A DNA stretch of 64,000 bases from Candidatus Bathyarchaeota archaeon (GTDB lineage: Archaea; Thermoproteota; Bathyarchaeia; Bathyarchaeales; Bathycorpusculaceae): contig CAWAKC010000008.1 of the NCBI GenBank assembly GCA_963782525.1, positions 26,517-90,516 of the forward strand, given 5' to 3'. The notes below the pieces were generated by a model. That model did no database searches, was not told the DNA's origin, and saw only the letters and a program-made list of their open reading frames with translations. Below, piece by piece: positions 19,912 through 28,500 of this stretch. Position 1 is the stretch's first letter. Each line of letters begins with the position of its first letter. The position numbers and the translations under genes were made by a program.

Positions 19912-20206
19912 GGAACCACCTCCTGAAACGACTTAATCGTTTAGGAAATAAGTTACCCAGAAGATGCACAGCCTGCATCCCGGTTAAATCCAAATCCATC
20001 GTGATTCGGTAATGGTATCTGCCAAGACGTTTGGTGTGTGCTTTGTAGTTGCCGATTGCACCCGCTTCTTTGAAACGGTGTAACTCCCTATTCATCAGAA
20101 CAGTAATGGCCGTTGGTGCTAAGGGCTCAAAGACAAAAGCTACCCTCATTAATACTCGAACTGCGCTTCCGATTAAAGATTCAGAAACGGATTCTTCGTT
20201 TGTCAT
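19904..20206 (-). CDS. Hypothetical protein
   Basis: 100-aa ORF coupled to the downstream small ORF. Confidence 0.6.
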   Translation of the reverse strand: MTNEESVSESLIGSAVRVLMRVAFVFEPLAPTAITVLMNRELHRFKEAGAIGNYKAHTKRLGRYHYRITMDLDLTGMQAVHLLGNLFPKRLSRFRRWFHD

Positions 20207-20338
20207 TTTTTTTCCTCAAAAATTGGCTAAACCACCGAATAAGTTCATGTGTTTGACTGACAAGAACTTGATTTAACTATTAGGTAGGAGGCATTTTTTA
20301 AGGTTGCGTAACGATACTATGTACCTGCAGGCGGTAAC

Positions 20339-20845
20339 TTGTCGGTAGAAGAATTAAACTCGGAAATCTATAGTTGCAAGAAATGTAGACTCTGGCAAGG
20401 CGCTAAGCATGGTGTACCTGGAGAAGGTCCCCTAAACGCTAAAGTCATGTTTGTAGGGCAGAATCCGGGCACTGATGAAGACGAATTGGGCAAACCCTTT
20501 GTCGGCAGAGCAGGAAAATACCTGACCAAAACGCTTGCCGAATTCGGAATAAAACGAGAAGAGGTCTTCATAACAAACATAGTTAAGCATGTTTCTCCCC
20601 AAAACCGGAAACCATACGACGACGAAGTTCGAGCATGTTTACCATTCCTAATTACCCAAATCAGGATTATTAAACCGCGAATAATCGTGCTTTTGGGAGC
20701 ATCCGCAAAAGAAACTCCACGAATGGACGGCATAGAATACATACAAATCATTCATCCATCAGCAGCGATGCGTTTCACAAAAATGCGCGAGAAATTCAGG
20801 GTGCAAATCGCTGATTTGGCAAAACGATTCAAAGACAACGTATAA
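20339..20845 (+). CDS. udg: Uracil-DNA glycosylase (family 4-like)
   Basis: CKKC, VPGEG, VGQNPG, PFVGRAG, ITN, HPSA motifs. Confidence 0.9.
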   Translation: MSVEELNSEIYSCKKCRLWQGAKHGVPGEGPLNAKVMFVGQNPGTDEDELGKPFVGRAGKYLTKTLAEFGIKREEVFITNIVKHVSPQNRKPYDDEVRACLPFLITQIRIIKPRIIVLLGASAKETPRMDGIEYIQIIHPSAAMRFTKMREKFRVQIADLAKRFKDNV

Positions 20846-20892
20846 TGCTATATTTGGACTGATATATAGTATATCGAGCCATTAACTTGTTG

Positions 20893-21513
20893 TTACTTCA
20901 TAGGCTGCCGCAATATGGTTTTCAGTTTTTTCGGTGCTGTTTTAGCTGGGTTGTTTAAGTAGATTTCGTGGTGTTTGCCAATTAATGTATGTCCGCTGTT
21001 TTGGATGCATGTGTGTATTTTTGTTATGGTTGGTCCTTCAGCTGAAAATGGTCCTACGTACATTATTTGTGCGGAGAGTCCTTCTTTGAAACTTTCAAAA
21101 CGCACTTTGAATAGTGCTGGTGGATTTTTCTTCTTTTTTACTTGTTCCAGCGCCGCCTGAAAGTCGTCAGCTGAGACGTGTTTGGGCTGCATTATAATAG
21201 CTGTCCACTTCCATTCGTCTTTTCGCTCTGCGCTGAATTTGGTCATGTCGTCTACCCACCATAAGCCCTCAAGTGGCATAACTCCGTAATCCACACCTTT
21301 TTCTTTTTTAACCATAAATTTGAGTGTATAAGCTACGGTAAATAACGCTTCAATCGCTTCGCTGTACTGAGGTGATGTTGGTGCGCCTTCGCCGTCAACC
21401 AAGAGAAAATTCATGGCTGGAACATCAACAACAGATATTTCTTTTGCCGACGGATTGTAGATGTTTTTGAATTCTTTTTTTAAGTCAACCTTATCCAACA
21501 AATTCACCCCCAA
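20893..21513 (-). CDS. GyrI-like small-molecule-binding protein
   Basis: MPLEGLWW, W.W...I.QP, HHEIYL..P, LKTILRQP. Confidence 0.85.
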   Translation of the reverse strand: MGVNLLDKVDLKKEFKNIYNPSAKEISVVDVPAMNFLLVDGEGAPTSPQYSEAIEALFTVAYTLKFMVKKEKGVDYGVMPLEGLWWVDDMTKFSAERKDEWKWTAIIMQPKHVSADDFQAALEQVKKKKNPPALFKVRFESFKEGLSAQIMYVGPFSAEGPTITKIHTCIQNSGHTLIGKHHEIYLNNPAKTAPKKLKTILRQPMK

Positions 21514-21637
21514 TTTTATAATTGTCTAGCTGAAAATAAAAAACTAGTGCACACCACAATAGCAATCCATATGCTGCTTAACCACCAAATATGTCAGCAT
21601 TAAAACTTTAAAAGAAAGCAGTTATAACATTGTTTGG

Positions 21638-21961
21638 ATGATTTTAATGGTTTTAGCAAGAGTGTCTTTTTGGCATTTTAAACCGGGAAAACGTGAAGAA
21701 GGTTTCGCAGAGCTTGACCGTATTCTTAAAACTTTATCTCAAGTTGCAGAAGGTCATCGTGGTTACGTATCACTGTTATCTTATGAAGACCCAAATGCAT
21801 TAACTGTTCTAACGCTTTGGCAAGATTTAGAAGCCATGCTGAAGTCGGAAAAAGGAGAGTTTACACAAGCCATCAACAAAGTTCGAGATTTACTTGAGGG
21901 ACCTCCAAAAATCGAAAACTACAGAGTGTTTTCAACAGAGCTATTCCAATGTCCAACATAA
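21638..21961 (+). CDS. Antibiotic biosynthesis monooxygenase (ABM) domain protein
   Basis: KPGKREE...G..G...DPN....T.W pattern. Confidence 0.75.
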   Translation: MILMVLARVSFWHFKPGKREEGFAELDRILKTLSQVAEGHRGYVSLLSYEDPNALTVLTLWQDLEAMLKSEKGEFTQAINKVRDLLEGPPKIENYRVFSTELFQCPT

Positions 21962-22076
21962 AAGTAAGTTTCGAATCAATTTGAATACTGAAAAAAATTA
22001 AGGTTCAAAAAACCTGCAAAACAGCCTAAGTAGCCACAAAAAATGAACAAGAGTTTATGACTATGTAACATTGAGG

Positions 22077-24146
22077 TTAGGTTGCTTTGATGTTTATGGT
22101 CCCTTTCGTGTAGGGCACAAACTCGCGGACCTGTTCAATTGAGGTTTTTCCTGCTTTTTCTCTCAGTTCCTTTGTTAGCTTTAGCATTAGGGATTTGAGG
22201 ATCTGCTTGAGTAACTCTTTTCCCACAGTATCCCCTGGAACCAGGACCACGTAAGCTTTTGTTTTCGCCTTTACAGCTTCTACTGGGCCCCCAACAAAAC
22301 TTGTTTCTTCGCCAACGATTATGCCGATTGCCACTCTTAGAGGCGTGTTTCTGTACCAGTTGCGTTTGCCCACCACAAAAAAAGCGCCATGCGGAACCGA
22401 CTCGCCAGACGGTCCACTCTTGCTGAGTTGGTCAACTTTAACCCAGTAAACGTCTGCTGTCCCAAGGTTTTCCCGCCAAGCCCGCGAAAAAGAAGCTGCA
22501 AATTCAGCCGCTTCACGTAACGCCTGCTCACTTATTTCTCGGCCCTCAGCTTTAATGACGACGAATGGTGACCCCGTGATTTCAGCGTGAAAAACCACAT
22601 CCTCCTGAGCAGTGTGCTTTTTGACTAGCACCTCGTTGCTAACAGTATCTTTACCCGCAACCACCAAAAATCCATCTGAGGAAATGTACCAGCGGAACTT
22701 CTCATACCACTCCTTGTTCTCCATTGCTTCTTTGCGTTTAGAGAGGGCTTCCATGATTTGCGCTGGCTTTAGACTCTTTAACTCTTCTGCTTCAGTCAGT
22801 TCGCGTTCGATTTTGGCGAGTTTTCTCTTAGACTCCTGTAGCGCTGAGAGGGCACCTTGGGATTTCTCTTTAGCCTTTTTGCCATGCTCATAGTATCTGT
22901 TGGCGTTGTCGAAAATTGAATCTCGGAGGTTAAAGCTGAAATGATAATTGTCCACGAATAAGTTTAATGCAAGGTTTTTGCCGTCGAAACCTTCAACGTA
23001 GGTCGCCGGCAATTTGCCTGCTTTTTTTGCGGCCATAACTGTAGTGATGATTGTGTCCCAGTCGTGTCCTTGATTGTTGGCTTTAAGAAGGTTCTCTTGG
23101 AAAGTTTGGAGTTCATTAAAGTGTGCGTAGATAGTATCGCCGATAAGTTTGTCGCGTTCGGCTTTGGTTTCATCTTCATGGATGGATTTTTCCTGGTCCG
23201 CAACAATTCGCTTTAGTCGTTCGGCTTCTTTTTTTATCTTGTCAACTTCGAGGTGGTTAACGGCTCTTTCAGCAACCGTAACCCGCAAATAAAATTCATC
23301 CAAAGCTTGATTGAAGCTGTCATAGGTTTGCAGTTTGCAGCCTTCATAACGTTTCAGCTTGATTGGCACAACATCCATAAAATCGCCTTCCTCGCCCAGA
23401 ATTATGCATGCTTCCAATTTGCCGCCTGAAACTGCCGACAACAAAGTTTTCAGGGCACCAAAAATTGCTTCCGCTTCGCTGTTTGTTATTGTGTTGCAAT
23501 GTTTAGTTTTATCCACGCCAGCTCGTAGTAAAATTTCCTCAGCGTAAACTCCGCCAACCCCCAAAAATCTCGCAATTGACCTAACTACCTCTGTTTCTCC
23601 TGCGTTTTTGAGGGCCTCTTCAAGTTCGGTTTGGGTTACTTTGAATGGGTTTTTGCCGCTTGACGGCGGAAGCTCCAGAACCACATTGTGCAGGATGTCG
23701 CGGTCACGCATTTTCTTGAAGGCTAACGCGTGAATGATGACGTTTTGATCGTTGGTTAATATGATGTTGCCGTCGCCGAAAAGCTCCACTACAAGCTTAA
23801 GCAACCCAGTTTTGGTTCGAAAGCTAACTGTTACGATTCTTTCAAACTCGTACTGGTCAATACCTGCAACCCAAGCGCCACGCAAGTATTTTCGTAGTAT
23901 CATACAGAAGGCTGGTGGTTCAGCTGGGTTTTCTTCTGCGTAGCTGGTGGCGTGTAATCTTCTGCCCGCTTCGATCACCAGTCGAATTGGAGGCAAATCG
24001 GTTTTGTGAAGTTTGAAAATGACGGTTTTCTCGTCAAGTTGGTGGATGTTGTTCACTCTGGAATCTGCTAAAGTGTTTTTTAATTCTTTGATTGCGGCGG
24101 CAATGTCAAAGCTTGAAAACTCTTTTTTGCGCAACCCATTCACCAA
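22077..24146 (-). CDS. rqcH: Ribosome quality control protein Rqc2/RqcH (NFACT/NEMF)
   Basis: F.M.LRKYL, ERIV, ELFG.GNIIL, coiled coil, WYEKFRW..SSDG, GKD, FHA...GSP, GAF...GKRN. Confidence 0.93.
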   Translation of the reverse strand: MVNGLRKKEFSSFDIAAAIKELKNTLADSRVNNIHQLDEKTVIFKLHKTDLPPIRLVIEAGRRLHATSYAEENPAEPPAFCMILRKYLRGAWVAGIDQYEFERIVTVSFRTKTGLLKLVVELFGDGNIILTNDQNVIIHALAFKKMRDRDILHNVVLELPPSSGKNPFKVTQTELEEALKNAGETEVVRSIARFLGVGGVYAEEILLRAGVDKTKHCNTITNSEAEAIFGALKTLLSAVSGGKLEACIILGEEGDFMDVVPIKLKRYEGCKLQTYDSFNQALDEFYLRVTVAERAVNHLEVDKIKKEAERLKRIVADQEKSIHEDETKAERDKLIGDTIYAHFNELQTFQENLLKANNQGHDWDTIITTVMAAKKAGKLPATYVEGFDGKNLALNLFVDNYHFSFNLRDSIFDNANRYYEHGKKAKEKSQGALSALQESKRKLAKIERELTEAEELKSLKPAQIMEALSKRKEAMENKEWYEKFRWYISSDGFLVVAGKDTVSNEVLVKKHTAQEDVVFHAEITGSPFVVIKAEGREISEQALREAAEFAASFSRAWRENLGTADVYWVKVDQLSKSGPSGESVPHGAFFVVGKRNWYRNTPLRVAIGIIVGEETSFVGGPVEAVKAKTKAYVVLVPGDTVGKELLKQILKSLMLKLTKELREKAGKTSIEQVREFVPYTKGTINIKAT

Positions 24147-24244
24147 TGCTGTGAATCTATATCTGAGTGGGCTATGAATTAACCGTTTTCACCAAAAAAC
24201 AGAAAATACTGCAAAATGAAGGCAGAAACGATTAATACTTAGGC

Positions 24245-24272
24245 ATCTTTTTTAAGTAAGATTAACCCAAAT
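24245..24272. repeat. attL-like site
   Basis: ATCTTTTTTAA-GTAAGA-TTAACCCAAAT; core TAAGTAAGA at 24253-24261. Confidence 0.7.
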
Positions 24273-24453
24273 ATTTGTAGGTTACAGTTTAAAAAACTTA
24301 GTATAGTCTTCGCTCCGATTCTGGTATATTGTCTCAACTCTAATAAAAACATTGTAATAAGTCTCATCGAACAGTGGTAGCAAAAAGTTAGGGAAAATCC
24401 ACACGCAAAAACTTAAAAGCGCAATATGTAACAAGGGAACGAGGTAAAAAACG

Positions 24454-24927
24454 GTGTTGAACGAACAAATCGCCTTAGGTATATTGCAGGCAAGTATAAC
24501 AGGCGCAGGTCTTGTTCTTGCAATATATGCATTAATCATCCCTTTGACGAAACAGTTGTTTGAATGGAGGGCTAAGACATCTGTTAACCTCTGGAAAAAG
24601 TTGAAAGAGTCAATAGGGTCAGAGAACGAAATAAAAGATGGTGAGAAACTAAAAAAACTTGTTGACCAGATAACTGAAACACAAAATGTCCCTGATTATC
24701 TCCGAGTTGGAGTTGGAGGTACTTTTTTTGGCTACGTCCTTTGTACCTTGCTAAGTTATGCAGTTATTGTTAATTGGCAACGACCAGCGTCAGATGACTG
24801 GTTATCCTTGACATTTGTGATATCTACATTTGTTTTTTTAATTGTTGGCTTAATCGCTATAAAGGATATTCATCGAATTATGAAAAAGGACTTGACTGAC
24901 CTTAGAAAGAGCTTAGTGGAAAATTAA
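24454..24927 (+). CDS. Hypothetical 3-TM membrane protein
   Basis: Hydrophobic helices; first gene inside the element. Confidence 0.7.
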   Translation: MLNEQIALGILQASITGAGLVLAIYALIIPLTKQLFEWRAKTSVNLWKKLKESIGSENEIKDGEKLKKLVDQITETQNVPDYLRVGVGGTFFGYVLCTLLSYAVIVNWQRPASDDWLSLTFVISTFVFLIVGLIAIKDIHRIMKKDLTDLRKSLVEN

Positions 24928-25156
24928 ATGACAAAAAAGGTTAAAAAATTTTATTCTTGCGTGGTTAGCTGTTGTATAATAGGAGCATAAGCGCAATAAC
25001 AAAAGCTGATTTTAGAGTTACCCATTGAGGACTAAATCCTCACCAATCATCTTTTCACAAGCATCGCACGGTCACGTTAAATCCAGAACAACCAGAATTT
25101 TGCCTAAGAACGCTTCAAAGATAAATGTCGAAAGGAAATCCAATGGGTTGAGTCTA

Positions 25157-25387
25157 TCACCTTATTGGTGCCAGGTCTTTAACCTCAGGGTTCTTATACA
25201 AAGCAGTTTGAAGAGCTTGGCTCGTTCTCGTACCGCAATTATCACAAACAAAATTTTGGAACATGATAATTTTAATTTCAGACGGAAAGGGATTCGACAT
25301 CGTTATATCGCCTTGTAAGGTTTCGTAGCTGGTAACATTGTCAATGTCAAAATCCATTGGTTTTTTGCAAGTTGGACAATCAGGCAT
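25157..25387 (-). CDS. Small Zn-ribbon protein
   Basis: CPTC...CDNC. Confidence 0.6.
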   Translation of the reverse strand: MPDCPTCKKPMDFDIDNVTSYETLQGDITMSNPFPSEIKIIMFQNFVCDNCGTRTSQALQTALYKNPEVKDLAPIR

Positions 25388-25441
25388 GCAACAATTTAAA
25401 GAGCAATCAGGTTATAAAACTTTGCAAGGAACAAAATCAGT

Positions 25442-26410
25442 ATGGCTATTGATAATTTAAACCGATATCGTACAGGGACAACGATTGATGGCAAGCAAAC
25501 GTTTAGTATTCCCTTAAGTCGTGATGCCGATGGCATGGTCGGAAGGGAGTGCCCATCGGTCAATTGTCAGCCCAGATACTTTAAAATTGGTTCTCGAAAA
25601 GTAAACAGTGGGGGTCAAATCGATAATAACCTTTTTTGCCCCTATTGCGGTAATAAAGCTCATCATAACAAATTCGCTACCAAAGAACAGACTGAATATG
25701 TCAAATCCTTGGTTGTCAGATATGGTCACCAAAAAATGGATAACATGATTAGGAACTCGTTAAGGTCAGTCAAAACATCAAATAACGGCTTTCTGAAAAT
25801 TAGCTTGGAATATAAAGGTGGAACACTTCCAAGTGTAAGACATTACGCTGAAAAGGAACTCAAACGAATAGTAGAGTGCGATCAGTGCGGACAACGATAT
25901 GCTGTCTATGGCATTGCAAAATTTTGCCCTTCATGCGGTAAAGGCAATTTAAAGGTGCATTTAATCCACAGCTGTGACGGAGTAAGACGGTTGGTCGGCG
26001 CAAATAACGAAATTCTTGAAAAATATGGACGTGAAGTAGCCTTTAATTTGCTCGGTAATTGCCTTGAGGATTGTGTTAGCATATTTGAAGGGTTCCTAAA
26101 AATAATCTACAAAAACTTGAATACAGCTAACTTAGGAAACGCTTTCCAAAATTTGAATAGAGCAAGTGAATTATTTAAGGCTGAAAACGTTGAGTTATTG
26201 GCGATTCTTTCACCCGAAGAAAAGGCTTTCTTGGCATTGCAATTTGCTAAGCGTCATGTAATAACCCACAATTTGGGAATGGTTGATGGCAAATTTGCTA
26301 AACAGGTGTCTACTTGGCAGGCATCAGGACAAGAAGTTAATTTGAATGGGGAGGATATTATGAACCTGTTGGCATTGATTGAAAAAGTGGTAATGAATAT
26401 AATTAATTGA
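25442..26410 (+). CDS. Zn-ribbon + HEPN-like protein
   Basis: CPSVNC, CPYC, CDQC, CPSC; C-terminal SIFEGFLK...FQN...KRHVITHNLGMVD (R-x4-H). Confidence 0.7.
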   Translation: MAIDNLNRYRTGTTIDGKQTFSIPLSRDADGMVGRECPSVNCQPRYFKIGSRKVNSGGQIDNNLFCPYCGNKAHHNKFATKEQTEYVKSLVVRYGHQKMDNMIRNSLRSVKTSNNGFLKISLEYKGGTLPSVRHYAEKELKRIVECDQCGQRYAVYGIAKFCPSCGKGNLKVHLIHSCDGVRRLVGANNEILEKYGREVAFNLLGNCLEDCVSIFEGFLKIIYKNLNTANLGNAFQNLNRASELFKAENVELLAILSPEEKAFLALQFAKRHVITHNLGMVDGKFAKQVSTWQASGQEVNLNGEDIMNLLALIEKVVMNIIN

Positions 26411-26514
26411 TCTTGATGCTTATTGTTGGCGCCATTATTTCCGCAAGCATCACAAGGTCTACTTAAATCAACCGTAGCCGTCTTTGTGGTCTGAACGTCA
26501 TATAAAACAAGCCC

Positions 26515-26898
26515 GTGAAAAGACGATCTTTAGCAGTAGAGAGCTTAGTGAAAGAGATAGGGCGAAAAAGCAAGGGCAAAAACTTAAAAGCAATTGATTC
26601 AAAACTGACTTATCGGGTTTATTACTTGGAAATTACCTGTCCTGAGTGTAAAAGGAAGTTTACGCCAAATTTTGTAGAAGACAATTATGTATCTGGTCGT
26701 GGAGATGAAGCTATACTAATTGAGGATGAATCTTGTTGTTGCTCTAATTGTAACTTACCAGTATACAGAAGCAAAATTGACGAATGCGAACAAATAGACC
26801 TTGCTGTTGAAGATGCAAAAAGAGAGCATCCAGAGTTTTTCGATGATGAAGATGAATCAGATGAGGATAACCAAGAATCTGACGAGTCAACTGAATAA
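26515..26898 (+). CDS. Zn-finger protein with acidic tail
   Basis: CPEC...CSNC; D/E-rich C-terminus. Confidence 0.6.
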   Translation: MKRRSLAVESLVKEIGRKSKGKNLKAIDSKLTYRVYYLEITCPECKRKFTPNFVEDNYVSGRGDEAILIEDESCCCSNCNLPVYRSKIDECEQIDLAVEDAKREHPEFFDDEDESDEDNQESDESTE

Positions 26899-27111
26899 CA
26901 GCCTATCGTTGCTAAGTTTATTTTTATACGCTAAACAACTCTAACCGACCTGACAGCGAGGATCCTACTGCTTGAAGTGCTGGAAGTAGTGTAGAAAGTC
27001 TGGGGTATTTGACGCTAAATATCCAACTCAGGGTATGTGACGACCATTAGAATTGAGCTAAGTTTTTTCTTGAGAAAAAGCTGAGTGTAGGCGACAGTTG
27101 ACAATATTATA

Positions 27112-27249
27112 CTATGATTTTTTGATTTTTCCCTCGAGTTTCTCTAAGTGTCGAATGAAATGTCGAGTTACAAGCCATGTTCCCAGAGAGCTCACTATGC
27201 CGACAAAGATCCCTGTGAGCATAGCGATGATTAAAGTATTCCAATCCAT
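27112..27249 (-). CDS. Small single-TM protein (45 aa, not in ORF track)
   Basis: MDWNTLIIAMLTGIFVGIVSSLGTWLVTRHFIRHLEKLEGKIKKS*. Confidence 0.55.
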   Translation of the reverse strand: MDWNTLIIAMLTGIFVGIVSSLGTWLVTRHFIRHLEKLEGKIKKS

Positions 27250-27250
27250 G

Positions 27251-27493
27251 TTAAGCCGAACCTCGGTTGAAAGAGATCTTTACAATTTTTTTGGCGCAAA
27301 TTTGAGAAGGGCAGGTAAGCAAGGCTTCATTTCCATTTATGGCTAAAGGAGCCAAACTGTTTTTCCTATTACAATTACACGGACCTCTAAGGAGTATTGT
27401 GCTGTAGCTCGTTGTTTTTAGGGAGCTGTATATTTTGGGGCATGGTGGTTTAACAATTGTCGGCTGTTGTCGTTGGTCGAGCATCTTAGGCAA
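27251..27493 (-). CDS. Hypothetical Cys-containing small protein
   Basis: Overlaps the stop of the upstream ORF; CNC...CPSQIC. Confidence 0.45.
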   Translation of the reverse strand: MPKMLDQRQQPTIVKPPCPKIYSSLKTTSYSTILLRGPCNCNRKNSLAPLAINGNEALLTCPSQICAKKIVKISFNRGSA

Positions 27494-27851
27494 TCCCCGT
27501 GAGTTTAAAGTACAGTCCTAATAGGAAAAAGACTATGACTACTGTTTCTTCGGGAATGTAATTCCGAGCCCATTTTTTGATCCAAACTGTTTTTGTTAGT
27601 TGAGGTGCAGGTGCAGTTTTGGATGGAACGTGAGAGGGCATTTTTTTAGTAAAACTATTTTCCACAGATATAGAATTGACACGCTTGTTGGGTACCCCTC
27701 TAATTTTTCGTTGAGATATGTTCAGTATTCGAGCGGAGCCTTTTACAAAATTCAAAATCGTGGCTAAAGAAACGGGTTCATGGAAATGTATTATGAGAAT
27801 CGTCAACAATCCAACGGCGATGGTTAAAGAGTAGAAAATATAAGAATCCAA
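27486..27851 (-). CDS. Hypothetical membrane protein
   Basis: N- and C-terminal hydrophobic segments. Confidence 0.5.
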   Translation of the reverse strand: MDSYIFYSLTIAVGLLTILIIHFHEPVSLATILNFVKGSARILNISQRKIRGVPNKRVNSISVENSFTKKMPSHVPSKTAPAPQLTKTVWIKKWARNYIPEETVVIVFFLLGLYFKLTGIA

Positions 27852-27879
27852 GAAATTGCTCCTCCCAGTTTTGTTAGTT

Positions 27880-28119
27880 TCAATTTGATGTTTTCCTCCG
27901 ATTACCGAGAAACTTTAGCGTAACGAAAGCGCCGAGGGTAAAACAGAAAAGAAAAGCCAGAAGCTGAAAGTTGACAGCGAACCAGTTGACGAAATCTTTG
28001 ATGGGTTGAGGAATGATGCCCATTCCCCAACCGACGGTGTAGAAAATGGCGAAAACTCCACCGTATAAAATCAATTTCTTTAAGATCCAAACGGCTGTTT
28101 TATTTCCCATAACTTTCAT
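27880..28119 (-). CDS. Small 2-TM membrane protein
   Basis: Two hydrophobic helices and a basic tail. Confidence 0.6.
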   Translation of the reverse strand: MKVMGNKTAVWILKKLILYGGVFAIFYTVGWGMGIIPQPIKDFVNWFAVNFQLLAFLFCFTLGAFVTLKFLGNRRKTSN

Positions 28120-28290
28120 GCTCGGATTTTAGTGCTGACGCTGACTCATCGCTAACGATATTTAGATTGCAGTTAGCACTTAACAATCGTCTAATAATTA
28201 TAAGATAAAGTAGAGAGATCTTGAGTTTTGACAAAGAAATATTAATTTTGTTTAGTTATACAAAATGAAGGAGATATTTAGGAACTTGTG

Positions 28291-28500
28291 TTAAAGGTTC
28301 TCGGAGACGGCTTTTTCTAACTCTTTAAGGTCCGTGACGATCTTGTCAATGAGAGTGTTGCATCGCTCGGGATTTTGTCTTTTAAATTGGGCATAGTGGT
28401 AGCGGTTGCGCATTAGATCTCTCCAGCCTTTTTTTGTGGTTGAGTCGCTGTCTAAGAGTAGGGAAGGGATCTTGCGCTTGATGCGAGAGGTGTTGACCAT
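28291..28500 (-). CDS. Small hypothetical protein coupled to the MCM gene
   Basis: Start overlaps the MCM stop (TAATG). Confidence 0.5.
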   Translation of the reverse strand: MVNTSRIKRKIPSLLLDSDSTTKKGWRDLMRNRYHYAQFKRQNPERCNTLIDKIVTDLKELEKAVSENL

